A stretch of DNA of 62,750 bases, the filler included, from Candidatus Fermentibacterota bacterium (GTDB lineage Bacteria > JAFGKV01): NCBI GenBank assembly GCA_016928395.1. It is 6 parts of 6 records of this genome, joined end to end, with 100 filler letters (N's around TTAATTAATTAA, not from the genome) between each part and the next. Parts side by side here need not be neighbours in the genome. Positions count along the whole stretch, not along the records: positions 20,177 to 34,333 come from JAFGKV010000093.1; 5 more parts are not named here. The stretch is one strand, 5' to 3'. Numbering within the stretch: position 1 is the first letter of the stretch; the number at the start of each line of letters is the position of its first letter. This document shows positions 20,505 to 29,592 of the stretch, piece after piece. The notes beneath the pieces are model-generated. The model was not told the origin of the DNA. It did not search any database and saw only the letters and a program-made list of their open reading frames with translations. Both the position numbers and the translations under genes were made by a program.

Positions 20505-23126
20505 TCAGCGGATCGAGATGGTCATGAGTGCCTCGGGCTCGATCCGGGCGGCGACATCACGGAGTTCTTCCGCACGCACATCCCTGACCGCAGCCACTGC
20601 GCCGGGGCTTGCGGGGGGTCTGCCGGCCAGAAGGTCCATGGCCATGGAGAAGGCCCGGCCGACCCGGGTCAGACTGCGGAGTCGGGCCCGCTGTTCGAAG
20701 GACATGGCCGCAGCCCGGCGCTCCAGGGAATCGGCGAACGCATCGGACGCGAGCTCGGCCACAAGGCCCTGCAGCCGTTCTTCGGCTTCCTGGAGTCGCT
20801 CGGCCCGGGTGCCCACCGAAGCCGTGATGAGGGCCACGCCGTCTTCGAAGGAGGCCTGAGCTCCGAGACTGTATGCCAGGCCATACCGTTCCCTGAGCAC
20901 GAGACCCATCCGCCGGTCCAGCAGGGCTGCCAGCAGTTCGACTGCGGGGCGCTCATGTTCATCCAGAGAGACGGCGCTGGCCATGAGCAGGTGACCTTGC
21001 CCGACGCCCAGGCTGTCATCAAGCCGCCAGACCTCGGACGAGAGCGTGCGGAGCACCGGGGGAGGCTGCTCTCCCGCGGGCACTGCCTCGAAGACTTGGG
21101 CGAGACCGGCCAAAGCGGAATCCGCGTCCAAAGGCGTAGAGAGAGTGACGACCATGTTGGGGCCGACCACGTAGTCGCGGGCGAAGTCCCTAACATCCTC
21201 ACCGCGCAGGGTGCTCACCGTTTCAGGTAGCCCCAGGGGCGAGTGCTCCCGGGGATCGCCTGGCTTCAGGCGCGCCCAGAGTCTCCGAACCGCCGCCTTC
21301 CCGGGAGAGCGACCCTCCCGCGCCAGAGCTGCGGCCATGGCCGACCGCTCCCGATGCAGTATCGTCGAGTCTGCCCTGGGTTCGTACAGGGCGTGGGCCA
21401 GCAAGGCCGCCGCGGTTTCCAGCGATTCCGCCGGCGCTGTCAGCCGGACATAGCCCCATCGTGAGGAGTAGTAGTAGTCATCGAACGGGATCCAGGGGTT
21501 GTCGCTGACTTGCAGCGCTGCGCCGAGATCGGCTAACCTGCCCAGGAAAAGCTCTTCGGTCATATGGGCAGGCCCCGTGCCCACCGTGCGGTGGAGGAGT
21601 TCCGCTACGCCTTCCTTGCCCGGTGGCTCCAGAGCGCCGCGCTGCCGCAGGAGGATATGCATGCCTGCCAGCTCGATTCCCGGTTCCGAACGCACCCAGA
21701 TCACCACGCCCGAGGGGAGCGTATCGGCGGCATCCACGAAAGTTCCCTCCTCTTCCAGAACAATGGGTGGGAGGTTCGGCACGCATTCCTCGACCACCGG
21801 GAGGGGGCCCGAGGCCTGAGGGAGCGTTGACACGGTTGGTACCGGGTCGAGTCCCTCATACGAAGGGGTTTCCTCCGTGGGCAGCTCATAGAGAGAGGCA
21901 ACGGGGGAGACCAGATACGGTGCGACGTCACGGCGCCACCCGTCTGAGTCGACCTCTCCCAGCGCCTCCCAGAGGCCGGCCAGGCCGTCCCATCCCAGGG
22001 AGGTCAGCAGGTCATAGGCCATGACCGCTAACATGTGAGGCCGTTCCAGCCAACGTACCGTTTCGTTTCGCCACTCCCCTGCGGCTCGGCGCAGGTCGTC
22101 ATCCCCCGCGGCCAGGGCCGATTCCAGGATCGCATTCATCCGGCCTGACACGACACCGCAGGAGTCGGGGGAGACCACGCCGGCTGACAAGGTGAGCCGG
22201 CACGCATCGGGGCCGATGTGCAGCGAGCCGTCCCACGATGACACCGCGCTATCGTGCACACGCGTAAGCGCCTGGGGCAGGAGCAGCGAAGCCAGGAAGA
22301 ACGAAGGGAACGAGGGGTCGTGGGGCCCCGGCCCCTCGAAGGTGGCGGAGAGGGAAGCCGAAGGGAGAGGCGCCCAGATGGTGTCAGGCTGGACTCTTGC
22401 CTGGGCGAAGGGGCAGGGCGTGGCAGGCGGAACGGGGGCAGGCGGGGCGGTCCCGAAGGCGCCCTGCAGGAGTTCCCACGCGAGCGGCCAGGAGAAACGC
22501 CCGATGAGCAGCAGGGTCATGTTGTTGGGTACATAGTGGCGGTGATAGTAGTCCAGAATGGTCTCCCGGGGCATAGCCGCAACGGTGGCGGGGCTGCCCA
22601 GGATCGGGAACCGGCATGGAGAGGAATCGTAGAGAGACCGTGCCCGATGAAGCCACAGGAAGTCATCGGGGCGCGACCGGTCCTTGGCGATCTCTTCCAG
22701 AACGATCAACTTCTCCTTCTCGAATTTCTCAGGAGCGATGGTCGAGGAGAACAGCATCTCGGCTTGCACCCGCAGGAGGGTCTCCAGTTCATCGGGCGCC
22801 GACAACCCTATGAGTATAGTGCCACGCTCTCTCGTGGCTGCGTTCACGTAGAGGCCGTGGAGATCCATGGTCTCGTAGAGCTGCTCCTGGGTCATGGAGG
22901 CCGTGCCGTTGAACAGGAGATGCTCCAGCAGATGGGTCGCACCGCTGGTGGTCTCATCCTCGCGCTCCGATCCGGCCCCGACCAGTACCGTGGATGAGAC
23001 CACGGGCAGCGACTGGTCTGGGAGCACGATGACCCTCAGGCCATTCGAGAGGGTGCCGTCCACCGCCGCGGAAAAGGGATTTGCCCAGGCGCCAGTGGCC
23101 AACGCGATGAGTGCGAGTGTTCTCAT
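20505..23126 (-). CDS. M16 (insulinase/pitrilysin) zinc metallopeptidase, secreted
   Basis: Signal peptide, inverted motif 'HLLEH', 'LSNGLRV', two M16 halves. Confidence 0.92.
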   Translation of the reverse strand: MRTLALIALATGAWANPFSAAVDGTLSNGLRVIVLPDQSLPVVSSTVLVGAGSEREDETTSGATHLLEHLLFNGTASMTQEQLYETMDLHGLYVNAATRERGTILIGLSAPDELETLLRVQAEMLFSSTIAPEKFEKEKLIVLEEIAKDRSRPDDFLWLHRARSLYDSSPCRFPILGSPATVAAMPRETILDYYHRHYVPNNMTLLLIGRFSWPLAWELLQGAFGTAPPAPVPPATPCPFAQARVQPDTIWAPLPSASLSATFEGPGPHDPSFPSFFLASLLLPQALTRVHDSAVSSWDGSLHIGPDACRLTLSAGVVSPDSCGVVSGRMNAILESALAAGDDDLRRAAGEWRNETVRWLERPHMLAVMAYDLLTSLGWDGLAGLWEALGEVDSDGWRRDVAPYLVSPVASLYELPTEETPSYEGLDPVPTVSTLPQASGPLPVVEECVPNLPPIVLEEEGTFVDAADTLPSGVVIWVRSEPGIELAGMHILLRQRGALEPPGKEGVAELLHRTVGTGPAHMTEELFLGRLADLGAALQVSDNPWIPFDDYYYSSRWGYVRLTAPAESLETAAALLAHALYEPRADSTILHRERSAMAAALAREGRSPGKAAVRRLWARLKPGDPREHSPLGLPETVSTLRGEDVRDFARDYVVGPNMVVTLSTPLDADSALAGLAQVFEAVPAGEQPPPVLRTLSSEVWRLDDSLGVGQGHLLMASAVSLDEHERPAVELLAALLDRRMGLVLRERYGLAYSLGAQASFEDGVALITASVGTRAERLQEAEERLQGLVAELASDAFADSLERRAAAMSFEQRARLRSLTRVGRAFSMAMDLLAGRPPASPGAVAAVRDVRAEELRDVAARIEPEALMTISIR

Positions 23127-23149
23127 GGCCTGCCTCCTTCTGTGGTAGC

Positions 23150-23695
23150 GCTACGCAGGGTTCAGGGTTTCGGCTCGCCTTGCGAGCAGGGTTCAGCTCG
23201 CCTTGCGAGCGGGGTTCAGGGTTCAGGGTTCAGTCGGGCCTCCGAGGGCGAAGGCACTCAGGGTTTTCGGGGTTGAGAGGACAGCGCATCGCACGGGCGC
23301 GGTGCAGTGCACTCTCGGTAGGAGCGGCTTCAGCCGCGACACGCCACCCGTGTCGGGCCTGAAGGCCCTCCTACTCTGTCCATGCGGCCCCTGATCGCCC
23401 ACGGGCGAGAGAGCTCGGGTCAGTCTCGTTATCGATATCGTTGTCGTAATCGTAGTCGAGGCTCCGGTCATCCGAGTATGAGTGCGCATACGAGTATGAG
23501 CCTTGCATGTTCTCTCACACACGGGTCCGAGGTCTTGGGAGGGTGGGGGGTCGGCGCACTGACACCACCGACCGATGGCCCGCCCCCATCCACCCAGTCT
23601 TCCATCCATCCATCATTCCATCATTCCATTCATCCAGTCGTCCATTCACCCAGTCGTCCATTCATCCAGTCGTCCACTCATCCATCCCATTCCCT
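23150..23695 (+). repeat. Mosaic intergenic element copy with GTTCAGG heptamers, REP doublet and TCCATCCA/TCCATTCA octamer array
   Basis: gtaggagcggcttcagccgcga and gtcgggcctgaaggccctcctac hairpins; core motif at about 23237-23281; octamers at about 23590-23695. Confidence 0.85.
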
Positions 23696-25703
23696 ACTCT
23701 GCCGCACTGACCCGGATCATCATGGGATTGTCCCTCACGGGCCAGGTCTTCTTCAGCATGGTGCGGGTGCCGCCGAATGTCAGCAGGCTGGACGACCCAT
23801 AGTGCACGACTTTGGTCAGCACCGCAGCCAGGGTTGCCTCGTCGATACCAGCCGCGGGCCGAATCCAAGACATGGCCGCATCTTCCGTTTCACCGACGGC
23901 GATGAGCGTCTGGTCAGGTGTGACACAGTCGGCGTCTATCGCCAGCGTGTCGCCGGCGAACTCAATGAGATCACCGAAGAAGGGAGCGAGTAGTGCCCGA
24001 ATGGCGGGAGAGTCGCCCGCGACCATGAGAGACCGTGCCTCGGGGTCAAAGGAGTCAACGATCTGCACGGAGCCCTCGGTCGGCCAGCACGCGGCGATCA
24101 TCGAATCCAACGGGCTCGAGAGGAGCTGGAGGGTGTCGGCGCCCAGGATCCTGCCGATGCCGGGAGGCCCCTCTCCCGGTTGGAGTATGCGGAAGATGTC
24201 CATGGCCGGATCAATCACGACCTGCTGGGCTGCCTGCACGGGAAGCACCGTGTCCAGCCTCGTGCCGGTCATTGTGAGCCTGAAGTCGCGAACCTGGTGG
24301 GAATCGCCCGCGGCGATCGTCACCGCCACCGGGATGCGCATGATATAGGCCGGCTCCGATTGGGAGAGGACAACCCGAACACCGCCGGGAACGGGGTCGG
24401 CCGCATCAAGAATGAGTTCAGGCGCCCCGACACGCGTGACCCACTGGGCAAAAAACGGCTGGAGATCCTCCCCTGCCACATCGGAGAATGTTACTGCCAC
24501 GTCATCCCAGGTTGCCCGGCGGAACAGGTGGGTCGCGTAGAACTCCCGCACGCCCCGGAAGAAGGCTTCGTCGCCCAGCTGGCGTCGCAACATGTGAAAT
24601 ACCATGGCGGCCTTGCCGTAGCCCACCGCCGCGGTGGCTGAGGAGTGGCGTTCCCTGAACTCGGTCAGCGGCATGTCGGCCTTGCCTGCCGTATACCAGG
24701 AGTAGTGCTGAAGCTGGCGGAGCCGGTACTCACGATCTTCCCCGGCGAGTTCCTTGTAGTAGTGATCAGCCAGATACGCGGTCAGCCCTTCACACCAGTT
24801 GCCCGACTCGTAGTCGACATAGATGCCGTTGCCGAACCAGTTATGCAGGATCTCGTGGCCGTAGGAAGTGTGAACTATGAACGGCAGGCGTATGACCATG
24901 CTGCCCAGCAAGGTGAACGACGGCATGCCGTAGCCCGTCTGCCAGAAGTTCTCGACCAGAGCAAACTTCTGGTAGGCATACGACCCGATCATGCTGTCGT
25001 ACAGCGCAAGGTAGCGGCAGGTGGCATCCAGGTAGGTCTGGGCCAAAGCGGAATCGGGGGAGAGGAGGTAGGCCTGGGCTGACACGCCGCCGCAGGCCTG
25101 CTCATCACGGGTAAAGCGGCCGGCCACCAGATAGGCTTCCTCCATGGGATGACTGCAGTGCCAGGTGGTGAAGCCAGGGCTTCGGCTATCGATGCCCTGG
25201 CTCACGCACTCCCATCCAGGCGGCAGGCTCACGTGGAGCGTGAAGGTCATCATGCGATCTGGAATGGTGGGCAACCAGTAGCTCGCTCCCGAAAGGAACA
25301 CGCCCGCCGAGTCGATGATGCCGACGGTGGTCTCGAACCCCCGGGCGTAGTCGCCCTTGCCCTCGAAGGCATGATGAAGCCGTCCGGTGTAGCGCACGAT
25401 CAGGGGATCGGGCAGGCCGTGGGATGCCTCGAGTCGCACGATGCGGGCAACCTCGCCCGGGATGTCGATTGCCGCTGAGGTATCGGGATCGACGATGATC
25501 ACACCGGGGACGGGGTGAACGTGCAGTGAACGATTGAGCGCCAGGTAGACAGAGGTCTCTTCAAGCCCTACTGAGAGAGTATCCACGACATCGAGACTTC
25601 CGGATGCAGGGTCGAGGGTGATCCGGGCCTTGTGGTCTACGATACCTCTATCTGACGGAAACGCGACGATGCCCACGCACAGGGCGACAAGGCTGATACG
25701 CAC
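23694..25703 (-). CDS. M1 family aminopeptidase, secreted
   Basis: 'GYGMP' and HExxH 'HEILHNWFG...WCEGL'. Confidence 0.88.
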   Translation of the reverse strand: MRISLVALCVGIVAFPSDRGIVDHKARITLDPASGSLDVVDTLSVGLEETSVYLALNRSLHVHPVPGVIIVDPDTSAAIDIPGEVARIVRLEASHGLPDPLIVRYTGRLHHAFEGKGDYARGFETTVGIIDSAGVFLSGASYWLPTIPDRMMTFTLHVSLPPGWECVSQGIDSRSPGFTTWHCSHPMEEAYLVAGRFTRDEQACGGVSAQAYLLSPDSALAQTYLDATCRYLALYDSMIGSYAYQKFALVENFWQTGYGMPSFTLLGSMVIRLPFIVHTSYGHEILHNWFGNGIYVDYESGNWCEGLTAYLADHYYKELAGEDREYRLRQLQHYSWYTAGKADMPLTEFRERHSSATAAVGYGKAAMVFHMLRRQLGDEAFFRGVREFYATHLFRRATWDDVAVTFSDVAGEDLQPFFAQWVTRVGAPELILDAADPVPGGVRVVLSQSEPAYIMRIPVAVTIAAGDSHQVRDFRLTMTGTRLDTVLPVQAAQQVVIDPAMDIFRILQPGEGPPGIGRILGADTLQLLSSPLDSMIAACWPTEGSVQIVDSFDPEARSLMVAGDSPAIRALLAPFFGDLIEFAGDTLAIDADCVTPDQTLIAVGETEDAAMSWIRPAAGIDEATLAAVLTKVVHYGSSSLLTFGGTRTMLKKTWPVRDNPMMIRVSAAE

Positions 25704-25801
25704 ACTAGGCTCCTTTGCTGCTCAGGCCGCAGGGTTTGGAATCTTGGAACGGGGCGTGTCGTACTCTACCCTGCGTACGGGAATCGAGGTTTTCTCCTCC
25801 G

Positions 25802-26614
25802 TCACGGGGTCAGTGATGCCCGTTCAACGTGAGTAACCGGTCGCCCCAGGAAACGGTCCGCGACGCCGATGAATGACGGGGGAATGTCAGTCAGGTAGCA
25901 GCGCATCGGGGAGGCAGGGCCGGGATTCTCCGGGACGGTCCGCGCCAGCAGGTTCTTCACCTCGCGGGATGTCTGAGTTGCCGAATCCACGATCCTGATA
26001 TCGGATCCGACGACGCGCCGCAGCGTCGGTAAGAGCAGCGGATAATGGGTGCATCCCAAGACCAACGTATCGATCCCTTGGGCCAGGAGGGGGGCCAGGT
26101 AGTGCCGGGCAGTCATGGCAGCGACCTCGGTTTCCTCCCATCCTTCTTCCACCAAGGGCACGAAGAGCGGGCATGCCTGGCTGAATACCAGCCACTCGGG
26201 TTTGCGTGCCTGGATGCTTCGGCGATACGCCTGGGATCCGATGGTTGCGGCGGTGCCGATGACGCCGATGCGGCCGCCGGTGCTGACACGGATCGCTTCC
26301 TCCACGCCGGGATCGATGACGCCCACGACAGGCACGCCAAGACGCGCTGCCAATTCGGGAAGAGCAGTCGCCGACATGGTATTGCAGGCAAGCACCATGA
26401 GCTTGATGCCTTTGCCCAGCAGGAACGCCGAGCCTTCCTCCGCGAACCGAAAGATCGCCTCGCGCGACTTTGTGCCGTAGGGGACTCTGGCGGTATCTCC
26501 CAAGTAGATCAAGCTCTCTTGGGGCAGGTCTTCCAGGAGCGACCGCACGACGGTGAGGCCGCCCAAGCCGCTGTCGAACACGCCGATGGGGGAGGAGAGA
26601 GTCGGCTCAATCAC
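25802..26614 (-). CDS. murI: Glutamate racemase
   Basis: 'IGVFDSGLGGLTV', 'PYGTKS', 'ACNT', 'LGCTHYP'. Confidence 0.96.
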   Translation of the reverse strand: MIEPTLSSPIGVFDSGLGGLTVVRSLLEDLPQESLIYLGDTARVPYGTKSREAIFRFAEEGSAFLLGKGIKLMVLACNTMSATALPELAARLGVPVVGVIDPGVEEAIRVSTGGRIGVIGTAATIGSQAYRRSIQARKPEWLVFSQACPLFVPLVEEGWEETEVAAMTARHYLAPLLAQGIDTLVLGCTHYPLLLPTLRRVVGSDIRIVDSATQTSREVKNLLARTVPENPGPASPMRCYLTDIPPSFIGVADRFLGRPVTHVERASLTP

Positions 26615-27944
26615 GGTAGGCCGCCGGGTTCTTGAGACGCCGCGCACACTGCCGCGCGCGCCATGTGGCGCCCAGCAGGGAAAGCAGTGGTGCGGTCCAC
26701 CGCGACATGGGCGGCGGATTGTAGTACACGGGTTCCAGAAGATCGTCATCGGGGCGCAGCACGCCATGCTCGATGGCGTAGGCCTGGAGCCTGGTATGGG
26801 GATAGATCCGTACCACCAGCACGAAACAGCCGTTGAGCCTGAACCGGGAGCCGAGCTTCAGTTTGGATTTGATCAGGAACTTTCCGAGCTTCGCCAGAGA
26901 AGCCGGGGTCTCGCCCGGCCCGTTGATCATGAAGTTCCACTCACCGCTCATGCCCACGCGGCGCAAGACCTCCACCGCCCGGTAGAGGTCTTCCTCCTGC
27001 AGGCCCTTGCCCCACAAGTCAAGCAGCTCGTTTGATGCGACGTCGGGAGAGAAGAACATCGCCTGGCAGCCGGCGCGCTGCCACAGTTTCACCGATTCCT
27101 CGGTGAGTCCCCGTTCCTTAAACCACCCTGTCCAGCGGAGGTTCAAGCCTCGGCGCAGCATCTCCTCGGCGATGGCATCGGCGTGGGACCGCGGATGATT
27201 GAAGATCTCATCGGCGAACATGAAGGCGTTCAGCCCGAAGTCATGGACCAGGCCCTCTAGCTCATCCACCACCGCCCCGGGCTCACGGATTCGCAGGGTG
27301 CGCTGGAAGAGGTAGTGGTTGCTGCAGTGAATGCAGTCGAGGGCGCATCCTCGTTTTGCCTGGACCGCCACGCCCATGGGTTCCCGGGCATAGGCTCGCA
27401 CGTCGAACATGCGCCAGTCAGGGAGGCCGGCCAGGCCGAAGGGAACGGGAGAGCAGCGGCCGGTGAACCGCACGGCCCCATCTTCCCTGAAAAGAACCCC
27501 CTTGACGGATTGTGGCGTATCCAGGGCATCCAGGAGGGCCGGGAATGATTCCTCGCCCTCGCCGAACACGCCCAGGTCGATCTCAGGAATGGCCTGCATC
27601 AGTTCCGTGGCATACAGGGAAAAGCCCGAGCCGCCCACGACGATGCGGGCTTCGGGGGCATGGGATCTGATCTCCCGCAGTACGGAGCGGTGCTCGTCGA
27701 TGGTGGAGAGATGCATGCCGGGCCGTGCGTTCTTGATGTTGCGAATGGAGACACCCACCACATCGGGCCTGACCGTGCCCAGAGCTCGGCATAGGGCCGC
27801 GCTGTCCCCGATGCCGAGGTTGCGGTCATACCCACACACATGATGCCCCGCCGTGCGCAGGGCAGTGGCTAGGTAGGCGAGGCCCAGAGGAAAGATGGGC
27901 GGTTCATCCAGCAGGGTGTTTGTCTGAACCAAGAGAACTCGCAC
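26607..27944 (-). CDS. B12-binding radical SAM protein
   Basis: 'FPLGLAYLA', 'VGVSIRN', 'GGSGFS', 'KRGCALDCIHC'; GTG start after GGAGG. Confidence 0.88.
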   Translation of the reverse strand: MRVLLVQTNTLLDEPPIFPLGLAYLATALRTAGHHVCGYDRNLGIGDSAALCRALGTVRPDVVGVSIRNIKNARPGMHLSTIDEHRSVLREIRSHAPEARIVVGGSGFSLYATELMQAIPEIDLGVFGEGEESFPALLDALDTPQSVKGVLFREDGAVRFTGRCSPVPFGLAGLPDWRMFDVRAYAREPMGVAVQAKRGCALDCIHCSNHYLFQRTLRIREPGAVVDELEGLVHDFGLNAFMFADEIFNHPRSHADAIAEEMLRRGLNLRWTGWFKERGLTEESVKLWQRAGCQAMFFSPDVASNELLDLWGKGLQEEDLYRAVEVLRRVGMSGEWNFMINGPGETPASLAKLGKFLIKSKLKLGSRFRLNGCFVLVVRIYPHTRLQAYAIEHGVLRPDDDLLEPVYYNPPPMSRWTAPLLSLLGATWRARQCARRLKNPAAYRD

Positions 27945-28057
27945 ACATACCTCCGAAACCACATCAAAGAAACCCCATGCGCCTGCGTGAGCGCCATGGC
28001 GATACGGGGGGCAAAATAGCACGCATCGCGTGCGCAGCAACCCGGGGGGGAGGGAAA

Positions 28058-28125
28058 GGGGTGAAGGGGTGAAGAGGTGAAGGGGTGAAGAAGTGAAGAA
28101 GTGAAGAGGTGGGGGAGTGAAGAGG
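28058..28125 (-). repeat. Octamer tandem array (TTCAC-CCC/CTC/TTC)
   Basis: gtgaaggg/gtgaagag/gtgaagaa units; the same array occurs at about 37388-37415 and 42307-42404. Confidence 0.85.
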
Positions 28126-28225
28126 GAGGCTGAGGGATCGCCAATGATGAGGCGGCAGCGCTCTCGGAGCACAGGCAGCCGTCGATAGCCAGCGCACAAC
28201 GAAGAAATCCGGCTTCGACAACTGC

Positions 28226-28320
28226 TGCAGTGAGGTTGCGCATTTCGTAACCTATGTACATCTCTGTCACGGAGCAGGCGCGTGCACACGCTCACCGAAT
28301 CGATCTCCCGGCTTGAGGCC
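28226..28320 (+). pseudogene. Relic abiE promoter/operator plus the first codons of an abiEi paralogue
   Basis: tgcagtgaggttgc-gcatttc-gtaacctatgtaca resembles 28883-28917, then VHTLTESISRL versus MQTLTEAVFRL of AbiEi. Confidence 0.7.
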
Positions 28321-28376
28321 GCGCTCTTTCATGAGAATGGCGGTGTGCGCACCAAACACGAGAGTGCCTCCAATTC
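28310..28376 (-). pseudogene. Internal fragment of a VapC/PIN toxin paralogue
   Basis: IGGTLVFGAHTAILMKERG versus IGGNLVFDAHTAILMKEHG in 30934-31422. Confidence 0.8.
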
Positions 28377-28456
28377 TCCCGTAGGTGGCTCGGCGATCAT
28401 TGCGCGCCCGAACGCCGCATACTAGCATGTAGTGCGCGCCTGAGGAGGTGGATGCC

Positions 28457-28681
28457 ATGATGACCGAAACCGTTGATCTCGACGAGGCTCAAGCCCGTTT
28501 CAAGGACCTCATTCACCGCGTACGTGCGGGTGTGCACATCGTGGTGAGCGTGAACCATAAGCCGGTTGCGCGCATGCTTCCTGCGGGAGCACGCATTCCC
28601 GGTTTGCACGCGGGTGCCATCCGGACTACTGACGACTTCGATGAGCCCGTCCCGGAGAGTCTCTGGAGCGCGGATGCATGA
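28457..28681 (+). CDS. Phd/YefM family antitoxin
   Basis: 'VDLDEAQARFKDLIHRV..G..IVV..KPVARM', C-terminal 'DDFDEP'; AGGAGG RBS. Confidence 0.88.
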   Translation: MMTETVDLDEAQARFKDLIHRVRAGVHIVVSVNHKPVARMLPAGARIPGLHAGAIRTTDDFDEPVPESLWSADA

Positions 28682-28851
28682 GGTTCCTCCTCGACACCCA
28701 TGCGTTCATCTGGTGGGACAGCAATCCAAGCAGGCTTTCCGAACGGGCGTTGGCGGACTACTGCGAGGCCTACCGGCGGGACTACGATGTCATCGCGGTC
28801 AGCCGCACACCGACCGACTATTTCGCCCATGTCGCGATCAGGATGAAGTGA
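28678..28851 (+). pseudogene. Truncated VapC toxin fused in frame to a TylF-like C-terminus (57 aa)
   Basis: MRFLLDTHAFIWWDSNPSRLSERA (PIN N-terminus) + LADYCEAYRRDYDVIAVSRTPTDYFAHVAIRMK, matching the end of the TylF-like gene at 32626; ATGA-coupled to the antitoxin. Confidence 0.82.
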
Positions 28852-28881
28852 GAGCGGACTCGGGGCGGAGGTGCAGCGTTC

Positions 28882-28917
28882 TTGCATATAGGTTACGCAA
28901 TCTGTAACCTATGTGCA
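28882..28917 (+). promoter_or_regulatory. abiE promoter with overlapping inverted-repeat operator
   Basis: TTGCAT-17nt-TAACCT; IR tgcatataggttac N7 gtaacctatgtgca (13/14 match). Confidence 0.7.
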
Positions 28918-28938
28918 GCTTAATCACGTGAGAGGCCC

Positions 28939-29592
28939 ATGCAGACACTGACAGAGGCCGTCTTCCGGCTCAACCCGCCGGGGGGGCTGTTCGACACAAC
29001 CGTAGTCCAGAACCTGTTCCCACGGGCCTCCGGCGGAGCGCGCAAACTCCTCGTCCATAGAGCTGTGAGCAGCGGGGAAGTGATCCGCCTGACGCCGGGC
29101 AGGTACTGCCTCGCAAGGCCGTTCTGCCATGATCCCGCCCATCCGTTCGTCGTGGCGGCGTTCCTCCATAGTCCCTCGCACGTGAGCCTGGAGTCCGCGC
29201 TATGGCACTGGGGTCTCATCCCTGAGGCCATTCATCACATTGCCAGCGTTACTACCCGCCGTTCGAGAACGCTGGCCACGCCGCTGGGGCGGTTCGACTT
29301 CATCCGAGTTCCAACCCTCGTCCCCCGAGCAGGAGTCAAGGCGGTCAGGGTTGACGAAACCTCGTGGGCCTGGATTGCCTCGCCCCTGCGGACCATTGCC
29401 GACCTGGTCTACCTCAGGCGCGGTGTTCGGTGGGGTAGTGACGGCGTGCGGTTTCTGACAGACTCGATGCGCATCGACATGGAGGATCTTCGGGCCCTGC
29501 CGATGAATGATCTGGACGAGATCTGCGCCGGCATCCGGGACCGCCGAACCACGGACTACCTGGCGGGCTTGGTGAAGGAGGTATCGTCGTGA
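28939..29592 (+). CDS. Type IV TA antitoxin, AbiEi family
   Basis: N-terminal wHTH, 'IRLTPGRY', 'PSHVSLESALWHWGLIPE', 'ASPLRTIADLVY'. Confidence 0.85.
   Translation: MQTLTEAVFRLNPPGGLFDTTVVQNLFPRASGGARKLLVHRAVSSGEVIRLTPGRYCLARPFCHDPAHPFVVAAFLHSPSHVSLESALWHWGLIPEAIHHIASVTTRRSRTLATPLGRFDFIRVPTLVPRAGVKAVRVDETSWAWIASPLRTIADLVYLRRGVRWGSDGVRFLTDSMRIDMEDLRALPMNDLDEICAGIRDRRTTDYLAGLVKEVSS

Noticed and set aside
23150..23695. Possible CRISPR array
   Set aside because: No constant repeat with unique, equal-length spacers and no cas genes.
27945..28295. N-terminal extensions in the ORF track (rSAM; also ferredoxin 52699-52881, hcp 51446-51736, apbE 10952-11368, murI 26615-26767)
   Set aside because: They run through repeats or neighbouring genes; better starts with an RBS or translational coupling lie downstream.
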